This document shows positions 12,801 through 23,727 of a stretch of 64,000 nt of DNA, in pieces (position 1 is the first letter of the stretch; each line of letters opens with the position of its first letter). This DNA is from Raillietiella orientalis (Eukaryota): positions 1,488,001 to 1,552,000 of the forward strand of contig JAYWIR010000008.1 in the NCBI GenBank assembly GCA_036172245.1, given 5' to 3'. The notes under the pieces were generated by a model. It saw only the letters and a program-made list of their open reading frames with translations. It was not told the DNA's origin and did not search any database. The position numbers and the translations under genes are program-made.

Positions 12801-15320
12801 AAGAGAGAGCCATCCTGGTTCCTAGAGTCGATGCATTCAACAATCTCTTTCTCATCGTTCCCGCTCAACTCCTTTACGATAGTGTTTACCGTTCTCGAAA
12901 CTCCTCCCCCCTTCCCCCGTCCCTGTCTTATTTTCACCTCCCGTTTCTATACAACAGGAATCATTTGCCCCTGTGCCTCGAAGCTTCTTTCCGAACGAAG
13001 TCCTCCCTTCCGCTGCCCTGGAATCCACTTGCCTGACAACCTGAGAAGAGAAGGTAGAGCTCGGAAGATGGGAAGGAAGGGCAAGGAAAGTTAGAGTGAG
13101 AAACCCGGAACATCACGAAGAGTAAAGGAGAAAGGAAGAAAGAAAAGAAGGGGGAGGGGGAGGATCAGAAGATGTTCTTCCTCCCCTTTTTGTTTTCCTT
13201 CCCGAGTTCTCAATTCCCTCTGCTCTCTTCCTTTCCCCTCCTCTACCTCTTGCTCTCATCCTCGTATTCGCTACACAGAAGCACTGCCTTCCCTCCGCTT
13301 CCTTCCTTTCCAATGGGATCGCTAACGAAACGAACGCTTTTCGTCTGTTGCTGGGACAACATGCGTGTGCGCGATCTGCTGGCCTCTTTTCCCATCCTCC
13401 TCACGATAGAAGCACATCCTTCTCCTCCCATTTCCTCTCTTTACTGGTTTCCAGAGAGTGCTGCCGCTTTTGCTATCCCTTTTTCAGAGTATCCCTGGAA
13501 TGAGATGGGTATCTTCTATTGCTAATGCGGTCTCCCTTTTCCTATAGCACGCAGACACCACGATTAACACCAGTGGGCGTTGGATGGAAGAACAAGAATC
13601 GTGGGCCGCCTCATCTCTTCCTTCTATTCTTCCTTTCTGAGGACACTCGTCTGGGGCGGAGCAGTCCTTGGATGGTCACTTCATTGGATAGGATGGACAG
13701 GAGTGGGGACTACAAGCCACTCAGGGGGCTTGAAGTCACTAAACGGAGATCCAAAGCAGCCTCCTGGGAGGACTCGAGAGTTCCAGAAGGTTATAAGAGA
13801 GGGGGAATTGAGAAAAGCCGAGAATAGGGTGAAAGCGAACAGAGCCCCAAGTCAGTAGTCATCGAGCATCGCATGCCCACTTCTCTGGGGAACATCTCCA
13901 GGGTATGAGCACCTGTGGATTGAGCGAAAACTAGGAGTGAGCCGATCTACGGGGATGCATGGATTCGGATTCGTTGTAAACAGGACCATGCACTGTCGCA
14001 CCGCGTTCCCCTGCCATGGAGTTGCCGAACCTCATGCTCCACGTCGGAGGAGAAACTTCACAGTTGCTGAGCAGCTTTCCAAAGAGCGGCAGACATAGCG
14101 AACGGATTCTTCAAGGAGTAGGAAATCTACTCGTTCCGAAGGGGAAGGGTGGAAGGAAAGAAAGGGAATGAATCCTCCGCAGTACCACTCCTTCCCAAAC
14201 TACCCTGGAAACCGTCTCTAGAGCGAAGTGAATTTCTTCGTATTCCTTTTCTGCCGTGGGTAGGAGGAGACGGTTCAGGGCTTATTCTATTCTCCCGAGC
14301 TTCTCTCATCTTTCTGCTTTCCTCTCCTTCTTTTCACTCTTTCTTCCTTCCATAGATCTTCGTTCTCTGCAATTCCTCTTTCTTAGCCTAACAGAAGAGC
14401 AAGAGGAAGAACCAGGGGTTTCTCCCCAACTTTTGTAAGATCCATGTGCCCATCCGCACTCTGTTTCGCTGCTACCTTCCAAGGGAGGGGGGTGGGTGGG
14501 TTGGGAGGAAGCGCAGTTTCTTCCTTTCTTGGGGAACAGCACCCTTTCATGTAGTCCTCTCGGAAGCGGTCTGCATTCTTCTTGAAATGAGGTCGCTTCT
14601 CGTCCCTCCCGCTCTTTATTATTATTATTATTTATTCTATGGCTCTTGAAAAAATATCCAGGAGTCCCTCTCCTCGTCTCCCCTCCCAGGTCGCTCCTCA
14701 TCATATCGCTTCTCCACACATGCGAGATCAGGTCCACTTGTGTATGCATAAATGAGGTGTAACAGGATGGAGTACCACGTCGGGAACGGAGGGAGAGGAT
14801 CGGGTTCGGGGATAGGGATGAGAGATGCAGAAGGGCAGCTCATCCTTGGGCGACCTCTGTATTTCCACTCTTCGGGAAAACAAGCTCCAGAACCATCGTG
14901 ACAGCCTCTCCTTCCTCCGTCCAGTGCCTTCCACTGAAGAGCGACGCAAGGGAAACAGAGAAAGGAAAAGGAAAGTTAAGGAAGAATACGGACTTCGAAC
15001 CGAGCACGAGTGTGCCTGAGCTTCTATTCCCTCCGTCCAGCTCCTTTTCTGAGAGTTCAGGCCTAAGGATGCTGGTCCCGAGGTAGTTGGTGTGGGGAAG
15101 GACGACGCCAATGTAACGGTATGACAGCGGAAGCGACGACCGGGCAAGCAGGTAGAGACTCTCCGGAGGGGGGAAATCCTCTTGCTGTGTCCGTTGTCGG
15201 GAGAGGAGGGGAAAGAAAGACATCCCTATAATTACCCTTTGTCTTCTGCTGTGACAGGGGACTGCTACAGGACGTAATGATAGGATCTCGCGGAGGAAGT
15301 TCCGCTCGGGTTCTTCTGGG

Positions 15321-15341
15321 GGAGGAGGAGGAGGAGGAGGA
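15321..15341. repeat. (GGA)7 microsatellite
   Basis: Read directly from the sequence. Confidence 0.9.
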
Positions 15342-16464
15342 ATAGGGGGGGGGATTGAACGTTGTTGACGGGGGGTCTCTGATGAAAAAAGCTTTCCTTC
15401 CCCTGATGTCCAGTTTGTATGAAGAAATCAAACTTCACGAATCTTTCTGCACGCGAGACGCGGTGCACCCTTCCCTCCCACCCCTCCCTTCAGTTTGTTT
15501 CCTCTTTTCCCGAACTCCCTTCGCATGCTCCTCTACAACATACCGCAAAGATCTTCGGTTTCGTCCTGCGCCGATGTTCCTGGTGAACGGAGCGAGTGAT
15601 GCTGCTGCTGCGATGGATGTCACGGTTGCACAGTACGAGGTTCGAAGCACACCGCTGGGGCAGCCCTCAGTCCCGTGGACGTCTCCGAAGCTTTTCCTCC
15701 CCTCTTGGGAATCCGCTGCCGACGAGGTCAAGTGGAGCGAGGAGGAAAGCACTACTACACGAAAGCACACTGGATTCCTGAGATCGTTTGCACTTCAGAA
15801 TGCTGGAGATTTTCCCGAGTAACGTGCTCGTATCCAAACACACGGATGAGAGGACGTTTGGTGATACGATGAGAAGCACAAGAAGCAGCCGTTCTCGGAT
15901 TGCCGGTGGGAAGCTTTTCTTCGGGGAGAACACGCGAATCCGGTAGCTATCCACGGAGACGTGCGCTGACGCAACAATCGATTTGCACGGGAAAAATGGG
16001 AAGCATTGTTGAAAACTCCGCCATATTGGCTGTGCACCGAAAGCAGTTCAATCGAAAAGCTGTTCTGTGTTTCCTTTGTACGAAATGGTGCTTTTCTTTG
16101 TTTTTTTGCAGACTCCTAAAACGTGGCATGCAAATCAGGCCTTAACTGAGATGAGGATTGCATGTTTGACTGATTGGGAGTATCCTCCCTCTCCTCCTGC
16201 AATCAGGTTTTTCCAGAAGTGGAACAGACAAAAAGAAGAAACTACACAACAAAATTCGGCAAATAAATCCGCTTTACGGCTTCGCGTTTCCAGAGCACGC
16301 TGTCGTGTAAACATTTCTCTGATATGAAATCTACCTTGTGCTTCTGTGTTCCTACTTACTAGTGTGTAAACAGTAGGTTCGGTGCACATGTTCCGCCTCG
16401 GAACACGCGCGATGAAACACTAACGAACAAATGCGAAATTTTCATGCCATTTTTTTCGCCTAGG

Positions 16465-16468
<4 letters not shown>

Positions 16469-16498
<30 letters not shown>
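16469..16498. repeat. (AG)15 microsatellite
   Basis: Read directly from the sequence. Confidence 0.95.
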
Positions 16499-16502
<4 letters not shown>

Positions 16503-18235
16503 ACCGGGCAAGCGGTTTCGGGGCCGCAAAGTCCCCGCCTCTTCCGGGCAACTCTCGGGTGCGAGTTCCTTGCGGAGCGGAGTTGGATGGTTGCATGGTC
16601 CTCGCCTGCTTTAAAGAGGCATTCTTAATCTGTAGCATCCGAAAGCGCGGTGCAGCCTCTCCAAATGAGGCATGCCGTGGTGGTATTTGATTGCAAGCGA
16701 GGGGGTTGATTCCGCTCACAGTTTACGGTAAAAAATAAAAAAATAATAATAATAAAAAAAAAGAAAGGCAGCGAAAAGAAGTCCCAACTGCTGTCCGGGG
16801 CATGTGAACCGCCCTCCCGCGCCACGAACACTCTCTCGGAAGGCTGCTCGATGCCTTCTGGTAGACTGGCGGGAGGCTCAGTCTGGCTCGTTGCTTTCTG
16901 GCTGGAACTAAGTGCTCCAGCAATTCCCGTGTTGTCTTCAGCCAGGGGCGGTCCTGCAATTCGACCGCAAGGTTCAGAGCCGCAAAAGGGAAGTAGGTGG
17001 CCGGCCGAGGAGTCCGTCCCGAAAACCACGAAGCGCGCCCTTCCTTAAGGATCCTTCAGCGTGCAAGCGGTGAATTTCCCGTACCTCTTAGACGGTGGGT
17101 CGTGCGGCTGCCATGGCAACGCCTGTTCCCTCGCGGAAACGGGAAGGAGGAGCTACGCTTCTGCTGGATTCCTTTCGCCTGCTGCCGTGGAGTCTCAGCA
17201 GATCCCAGCTTTTCTCTGTGCCTCTGGAGAGATTCTCCTTTCTCTTCCTCCTCCTTCTCCCTCCCCCATTCGACGGTTGTCTCCCCTTCCTGTGGACTCC
17301 CGCCGGAGGTTTTCTTGCTGCTTCCTACGGCAGCGTCCAGAGCCTTCCTCTTCGCTAGTGCCGGATTCCCCGTCCCCTTCCCTGCATCCCTGAAGTGAGG
17401 GAGGGAAGGGTCTCGGATCCCCGTCTCCCTTGTCGCCTGGTCTCCAGCTATTTGGGAGGAGATTCGGGACTTTCTACCGAAACTGCATCTTGCCCTCTCC
17501 CATGGACGGACACGAGGGAGACTTCTCGTCCCTCCCTCCTGCCCCTTTTTCTACTGCGCACTCCGTTCCCCTAAAGGAGGAGCTCCCTGGTCTCTTTGGT
17601 GCACTCACTGCCACCGGATGCCGTCACGGCATGCTGAGCTGAGCTCCACGGCTGCCAGGAACTTCCATCGGGGCACCGGCAGTCCATTGAGAGGAGGCGA
17701 GCAGGGATCGAAGATGAAGCGCAAGACCCGAATCTTTTTTTTTCCTCTCCCCTTTCCCTCTATTTTCTCCCGTCCTTGTAACTCACCCGTCTTTCCTTTC
17801 CCTCCGCCGTCACCCCACGCAGAAGGTGGTCTCTCGGCGACCACCTCCTCCTCTCCGCTCTGAGGGCTCCGGTCCCTCCGTGTAGTGCTGGAACGACTCC
17901 TTCCCGAGCAGGAGATGTGAGGACTAGCCCAACCCCAATCCCCCCCTCCCCCCCTAACCCGCCCTCTACCAATGCCACCATCCGCGGCAGGAGACGTCTT
18001 CATCCGGTCCGACGTATCGCCGCCGCCCCGACCGCGGGGACGCGCCTCGTGCGCGGCGGATTTCCCGAACCGCGGGGGGCGCCAACCCTTCGAAGGGTGC
18101 GTCTTCCGAAGAGAGGGGAACGGGGGTACACCTGGGGTGCCGACCCCTCGCGTCACGCGGAGTAGACGACGGAAGGCGGGACAGCGTGCGGCGTGTAATG
18201 AGGTCAATTTGGCTGGCGATTTCCGTCTCAGGCTC

Positions 18236-18367
18236 TGCGCATGCGCGGAGACCGATCGCAGCGGGAAAGGGGGAAAGACAGGAGGGGAAGGGGGAGCGGC
18301 GGCGAGGCAGAAGACAGCGTCTCCACAGAGACGGGCGCATTCCACCTGGCCCGGGATGGCGGCGGCG
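18236..18367 (+). promoter_or_regulatory. CpG-island promoter-like segment: NRF1 motif followed by ATGGCGGCGGCG in strong Kozak context
   Basis: TGCGCATGCGC at 18236-18246 matches the NRF1 consensus, and GGGATGGCGGCGGCG has its ATG at 18356. These are motif matches only. Confidence 0.4.
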
Positions 18368-19680
18368 GACGTGATTTACCGTTTCAACAGGGAGGGAGGA
18401 AGGAGGCGAGTGGGGTAAAAGAGAGCCGAAGATGAGGAAGAGAGCAGGTTGCTCTTACCCCCTCTTCCCCTTGCTGGAAGCAAGCGAGGAGTGGGCTCCC
18501 TCCATTGCTCTCCACGCCCTATTTGATCCCCCCTTTTCCTCCCCAGTTCCCCTCTCGTTCGTTCATTTCCTCCCCGCTCTCGATCCCGTCCCCGCTCGGC
18601 CTATGACCTGAGGCGAACGCCCGTCTCCCACTTTCATCTCGGACCTTTCTCTGGTCCAGCGGGTCCAGACCCCGACCCGCTAGACTGCTGGCGGAGCACA
18701 AGTGGATTCTCTCGTTTACTCGAAGGAGCGCTTGGTGGCAAAAAGTGGACCATCCTTGTGAGGCTGCGCCTGCGGCGGGGGGAAGAGGAGAGGTGGGCTC
18801 TCCAAAAACGGCGGGGAAGGGGGGGGGGAGGAAGGGGGTCATCTGCCGGACCGCAAGGACATCCGAGCCCTCCGCTCCGTAGAGAGCGAAGCGGTGGTTC
18901 TCGCTTCTCGGAATCCTTCGAGAGAGTTTAGAAATGCCCGCGCTCTTCCTCTGCTGGAGCACAGGGTCTAACCCCAGGTACCGAGAAACGTCCCCAGTCT
19001 TCCTCAGCAGGGAATTTCCCCACAGAACGGATCCGCTGAGGGACTGGAGTAGGCCTACCGCGCGTGTTTCTGGGAGGCTTCTGGCAGCGGCAGGGGTGGG
19101 CACGCATCGCGGGTGGCGCTTGAATTCCTCGATGGCACCCTCAGGGCTCGTCCGGACGAAGGTTCACCCGTCTCTCCGGCTGCCATGGGAGAGCACCGGC
19201 GGTGGGCAAAGGGAAAACAGGGGCGGCAGCCGTCCTTGGAGAACGCCCTCATGTGGGGTGCGACGGAACGTCCCAAGATGAGATGTGAAGTCAATGCGGC
19301 GCGCCTGTCCCTTCAGGCCCGCGGGACCCGATCAACCCACCGCCCCCTAGTTATCCATCCGACCGATGAACCTCCTCTCTCCGTGGGCCCCTCGCTACAT
19401 GGCCGTGCTTTCCCTACTGTGAAAATTCAATTTCCTCTTTTGGAACGAATGAGTCTGGCCCTCTGGGACCGGATGTCTACCACAGGATGGAGAGGTTGGA
19501 CTCTTCTTTCCTCCAGTTCTTCACTGCTCCTGTATCGAGATGATGAGAGGGAAGGAGGAGGGAGCGGGGAGGGCGCAATCTGATGGACAGAGGCACCCCA
19601 CTGTCCGGTCGCCCCCTCGTGGTTCTAGCTGCTTCCTGCCTCTCACTCTCGACAACAGTCGCCGTCGTCGTGGTCGCCGT

Positions 19681-19719
19681 CGCCATCTTGCCGGTAATAT
19701 GGCGCCCGAAAGCGGAAAT
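19681..19719. promoter_or_regulatory. Back-to-back YY1-type motifs with an ETS-like site
   Basis: CGCCATCTT (19681-19689, which reads AAGATGGCG on the minus strand), AATATGGCG (19696-19704) and GCGGAAAT (19712-19719). Confidence 0.4.
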
Positions 19720-21694
19720 GGGACGGACGTTCCCTTCGTCGAGGTGCCCCCTGAACGCCTCTCGTCTCCCGGGAGAGCAACCGTCTCCGACATTCCCCCT
19801 CCCTACGCATCCCTCTCCCTCCCCCTTAATGGGAGGACATCCCTCTGTTGTTCCTTTCCGCGGCCGCCCCGGGAGAGAGGGGGAGATAGGTGGAACCCTC
19901 ACGCTCCCGAAGTCCGGCCTCCGGGGAACCCGGGGAAGGCGAGGAACAAGGATGATGATGAGTCATTGTCCGCCCTAATGTCCGCGTCGTAGGCAGCTTG
20001 AGGGGGAGGGGCTGTATCTCCTCTGCCTGCCGTTTCCTGCGCCGTTGGCCCAATGAGGCGGGATGCAGCGATGAGGGTGGGACCCTTTTCTCAGAAGGTA
20101 GCGAATGACACTCCCGACCGATGTTCCATGACGCCCACCAGAGCTTACCCGCCGACTCTGCGCGGGCGCCCACCCTCTCCGCACGTCCTGCCTCCGAAGG
20201 CTCAACGGACAACCTGCTCCCCCGCCCTCTACCGCGGATTCCGGGCTGTGGCGGTCTAGAAGAAGGGCCTAGTTCTTCTGTTGGGAGACCTCCTTCCTCC
20301 TTCCTTCCTCGGAGCGCGCATCGATGACTTGCGCGAGGGGGTCGCCGTTTCCCCTCTCGACCGGTTCCCCATCGGCGGGCAGGGAGACCGATCGAGAGGG
20401 TCACTCTGGATACCTATCCAGAGTGCGGGTCACTCCTGATGGGTCACTCCTTGACCTCTGCCAGCAGAGGAGAGCGATGCACCTGGGCGGAGCTTGCGAG
20501 CTCTGGATCCGACAGCTGGGACGCTCCCCCCCGGAAGGGTCGGGGGCCCTCAGGAGGGGTCCGTTCCGAACAGCGGGAGGGAACCACATCTGCCACTCCT
20601 CCCAGGGACTGCCGTTTCCCTTCGAAGAGGAGACAGCGGTCGCCTCTCGGTTTCGCAACGGTTCTCAGGAAGACTTCCGGGATCTTCTCCTTGCGGTCGG
20701 AAGAGGAAAGGGGGAAAGATGACGTAGGCGGCAGCAGCTGAAGGCAAGGGAAACCTGGGGAGGACCCTCGCGATGCTCTGTGGACGGACCAGCGGAGCGC
20801 GCGTCTTCGGACAGCAACGCGTGGACCTCAAGGACGTGTGCCGCGCTGCCCTCGTGCGGGGAGGTCGGCACCACGAATGTTGTCAAAGGAACCACGAAGT
20901 GAGGAAGTCGAAGTCGGGGTGCGAGGGGAAATGAAACCAAGGAGGGAGGGAAAAACACACACACATTTGTTTTCTCCCTCTCTCTTAGAAAAAGCCTCGA
21001 CCGACTGGCTGCGTTACCAAGGAAACGATTTTTTCTGCATGGCTGCTCGTCAGAGGAGGCATTTCGACACGAAGCGAGAAGGAGGGGAAGGAGGACAGGC
21101 TCGTGCGTGCACTCCTTCGCGCCGTCGCCCTCCACCACTCCCCCCTCCCTTCTCTTCCCCCTCCCCTCCACAAGCTGCTTGTCAGATCTCGAAGCGCGCG
21201 CGCAGGAGCAGGCGAGCGGCGCCACCGAGCGCGGGTGCACGCGCGCGCTTCAGCGCGGTTTCGCCTCGAGGGAAGCGGGACGTGACGCAACGAACCATCG
21301 ACGAGGGAGCGCCACCGCGAATCACCGGCCCGTACGGGCTCTTCCTACCCTCGCCTCCCTCCCCTTTCCCCTTTCTCTCTCTTTCCTCGCTTCTCGAGGC
21401 GATTACGGCGGGAGAAGCCTGCTGTCCAGACGAAGATAAGAGCGATCAGCGGTAATGGCAAAATGTCTGTCAAACACTGGTCAGCTGACACCACCGAAGA
21501 GCGACGCTGGGCGAGCTCGCCGCTCCGCGTCGGGGGGACGAGACGAGGTGCTGCCCTCGCAACCACACCGCGCAGACCGCATGCACCCCCTCGCTCCTGT
21601 GGCTGAACCCGCACGGTCCACTGACGCGCGATGCAACCGCGTCATCCTTCCTTGCCACATGGGAGCATGGAATTCTCCTGTATCAGAATGAAGC

Positions 21695-22050
21695 ACATGA
21701 CTCCTTCCGTATAGGTGACTGACGTATATCACGTCGCGTGCGATTGACACATCCCATCCTTAAATGCACCAATGGAGCACATAAGCCCATACGTGTACCA
21801 CTGGCGCATATAATCCTCACGTGTGCGATCAACGTACGAGCCTCTTTCACGGGATGAGCGTATGTTGTCCTTCGAGTGCGTAAATGGAGTGGACATCCTT
21901 AAGCAAGGGGTGTACGTGCGTTGTCCTTCGAGTGCGTGAACGACGTAGGCGATCCCGGCGTATTTGAGTGACGCGTTCGATGCACACAGTGCATGGTATT
22001 CATTACGCTCGAGTGACTGACGTATGCGAAACTCATCTGCATCTACGGCA
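21695..22050. repeat. Degenerate tandem repeat (minisatellite) with a period of about 25-30 bp
   Basis: Exact internal repeats TTGTCCTTCGAGTGCGT (21865 and 21921, 56 bp apart), GTGACTGACGTAT (about 21716 and 22013) and CATCCTTAA (21755 and 21894). A TCCT...GTG.G..TGRCGYAY-like unit recurs, and GC is lower than in the flanks. Confidence 0.65.
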
Positions 22051-23703
22051 CACGTGATCCCAACGTGTGTGATTCCACTTTTCCTATCGGAGGAAAAGGA
22101 AATCCTTGGGCGACCGAACGCCCCGCCGTGCCGCGGGGAAAGGTGTAACAGGATCCCAGTTTTCTCTCTCCCGTGTGACGCCCGTCTTTATCTCTGCAGT
22201 GACAAATCGCAAGACGGGGACGGTCCGCTCCGGAGGGAGAAGGAAGGAACTCACCGGGAGCGCCGAGCGCGCGGTGGTGGACGGCCGGCTGGCTCGGCAG
22301 CGGGTTCCTCCTCTCGTAACTCCAAACAAGTTATTTGAATCCACTAATGAGATTTCCTCGGAAAGGGTAGAGAAATTGCCGTGTCCTTGAGCCGGGTCGA
22401 GCGTTCCGTTTGCTCCCATGCTGTTAATTACAATTTATAGATATAAAGACCCCTGTGTTTGTTCAGGATGGGATGCAGGCAACAGCCGAATTCCTCGTAT
22501 GTTTTGCTTGCCTTGCTTTTCTTTTTCTTTCTTTCTTTTTTTTTTTTTCGTTGCTCCGTCTTCCTTCGGTCCGTCGGATGTTGGTGGTCACGCGAGCGGG
22601 GACCGAAAATTTTCGAATAATGGGAACAATTTCCGTGACAGCTCACTGGGACGCAAGGTGGTACGGGCGGGCTGGACACGAGCGCCATGCCCGTTCTGTT
22701 GTTTTCACGTGCAGTTAATCTTCTCGGACGATTAGATTGATCACTGAGAGGAGGAGGAGGGGGAATTTCCGTCGCACGTGGTGATCCTGCCACGCAGCCG
22801 TGCGTGGAATCTCCAAGCGCCGCCGTACCTGAGACGTCTGTCGCGTTCTTCCGCTTGGAATCATCCGGGGTTGTGTGTCGTCGCTCTCCTTCCATTTCTC
22901 CCTCTCGGGAAATCATCACGCGACCCTCTTCAGCCTCTTCTGCCTCTCGGACGACCGAAGTACCCTTCGAGGCTGCATTCGAGGAAAACGCGGGTTTTTC
23001 TTTTTTCCTTTTTACATTTCTCTCCCGCTCTCGCAGACTCCCATCCCTGCGAGCTCTGCCCTGCGCTCTCCGGCAGTTCCCCTTCGTCTGGGAGCTCGCG
23101 GCTTCCCGGGCTGCACCGAGAGCCACGCGCTCTCCTCGACAGAAGGCGGAGGGCGCCGTCGCTTGTGAAGGCTGCTGGCGCAAAGATGTTCTGGATCTCG
23201 GGGATCAGCAACAGGCGGAGCAGGCGAGCGAGGGAGAGAGAAAGAAAATTTACACCGCCTTGCACCACGACCTTTCCGTTGCCTCAGGCGCATTCGTTAT
23301 GACACACCATGAGTGCCGGGGACCGGATGGGGATTAGTAGGGAGCAGCGGGTTCCTTCAACCGCCGCGTTGGCGGTCATCGTCTGGAGGCCCTGCCGGTC
23401 TTTTCCTGCCCGGCAAGAGAGGGGAGAGGTGGGGAGAAAGGGAAAGCGGGAGAGGCGTAATTTTCGGGATTCCCGTGGCGGCGGGAATTCCCAGAATTCC
23501 CCGGGCGGATTCCCCTTCGGGTTCCTCCCGGCCGCGACACGGCGTCAGCTGGCTGAGGCGAGGGGCTGCCGGTAGTCTCCGCCAGCCGCCGGAGGGAGGC
23601 GGAGGAACGCCGCGCGACCAGCTCGACTCGGTCCGGAACTTCTTGAACCTCTGACCTCATTGTTCCCCGAAATCCGCTCTCGGGAACATCTGGCACAATA
23701 AGT

Positions 23704-23727
23704 TTCCTGATTTATTCCTGATTTATT
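23704..23727 (+). repeat. Tandem 11-bp duplication TTCCTGATTTA x2, giving two TGATTTAT motifs
   Basis: TTCCTGATTTA-TTCCTGATTTA-TT read directly. TGATTTAT matches the PBX-HOX consensus TGATNNAT. Confidence 0.8.

Noticed and set aside
21695..22050. CRISPR-like repeat-spacer appearance
   Set aside because: The repeats are not conserved across units, there are no cas genes, and the context is eukaryotic.
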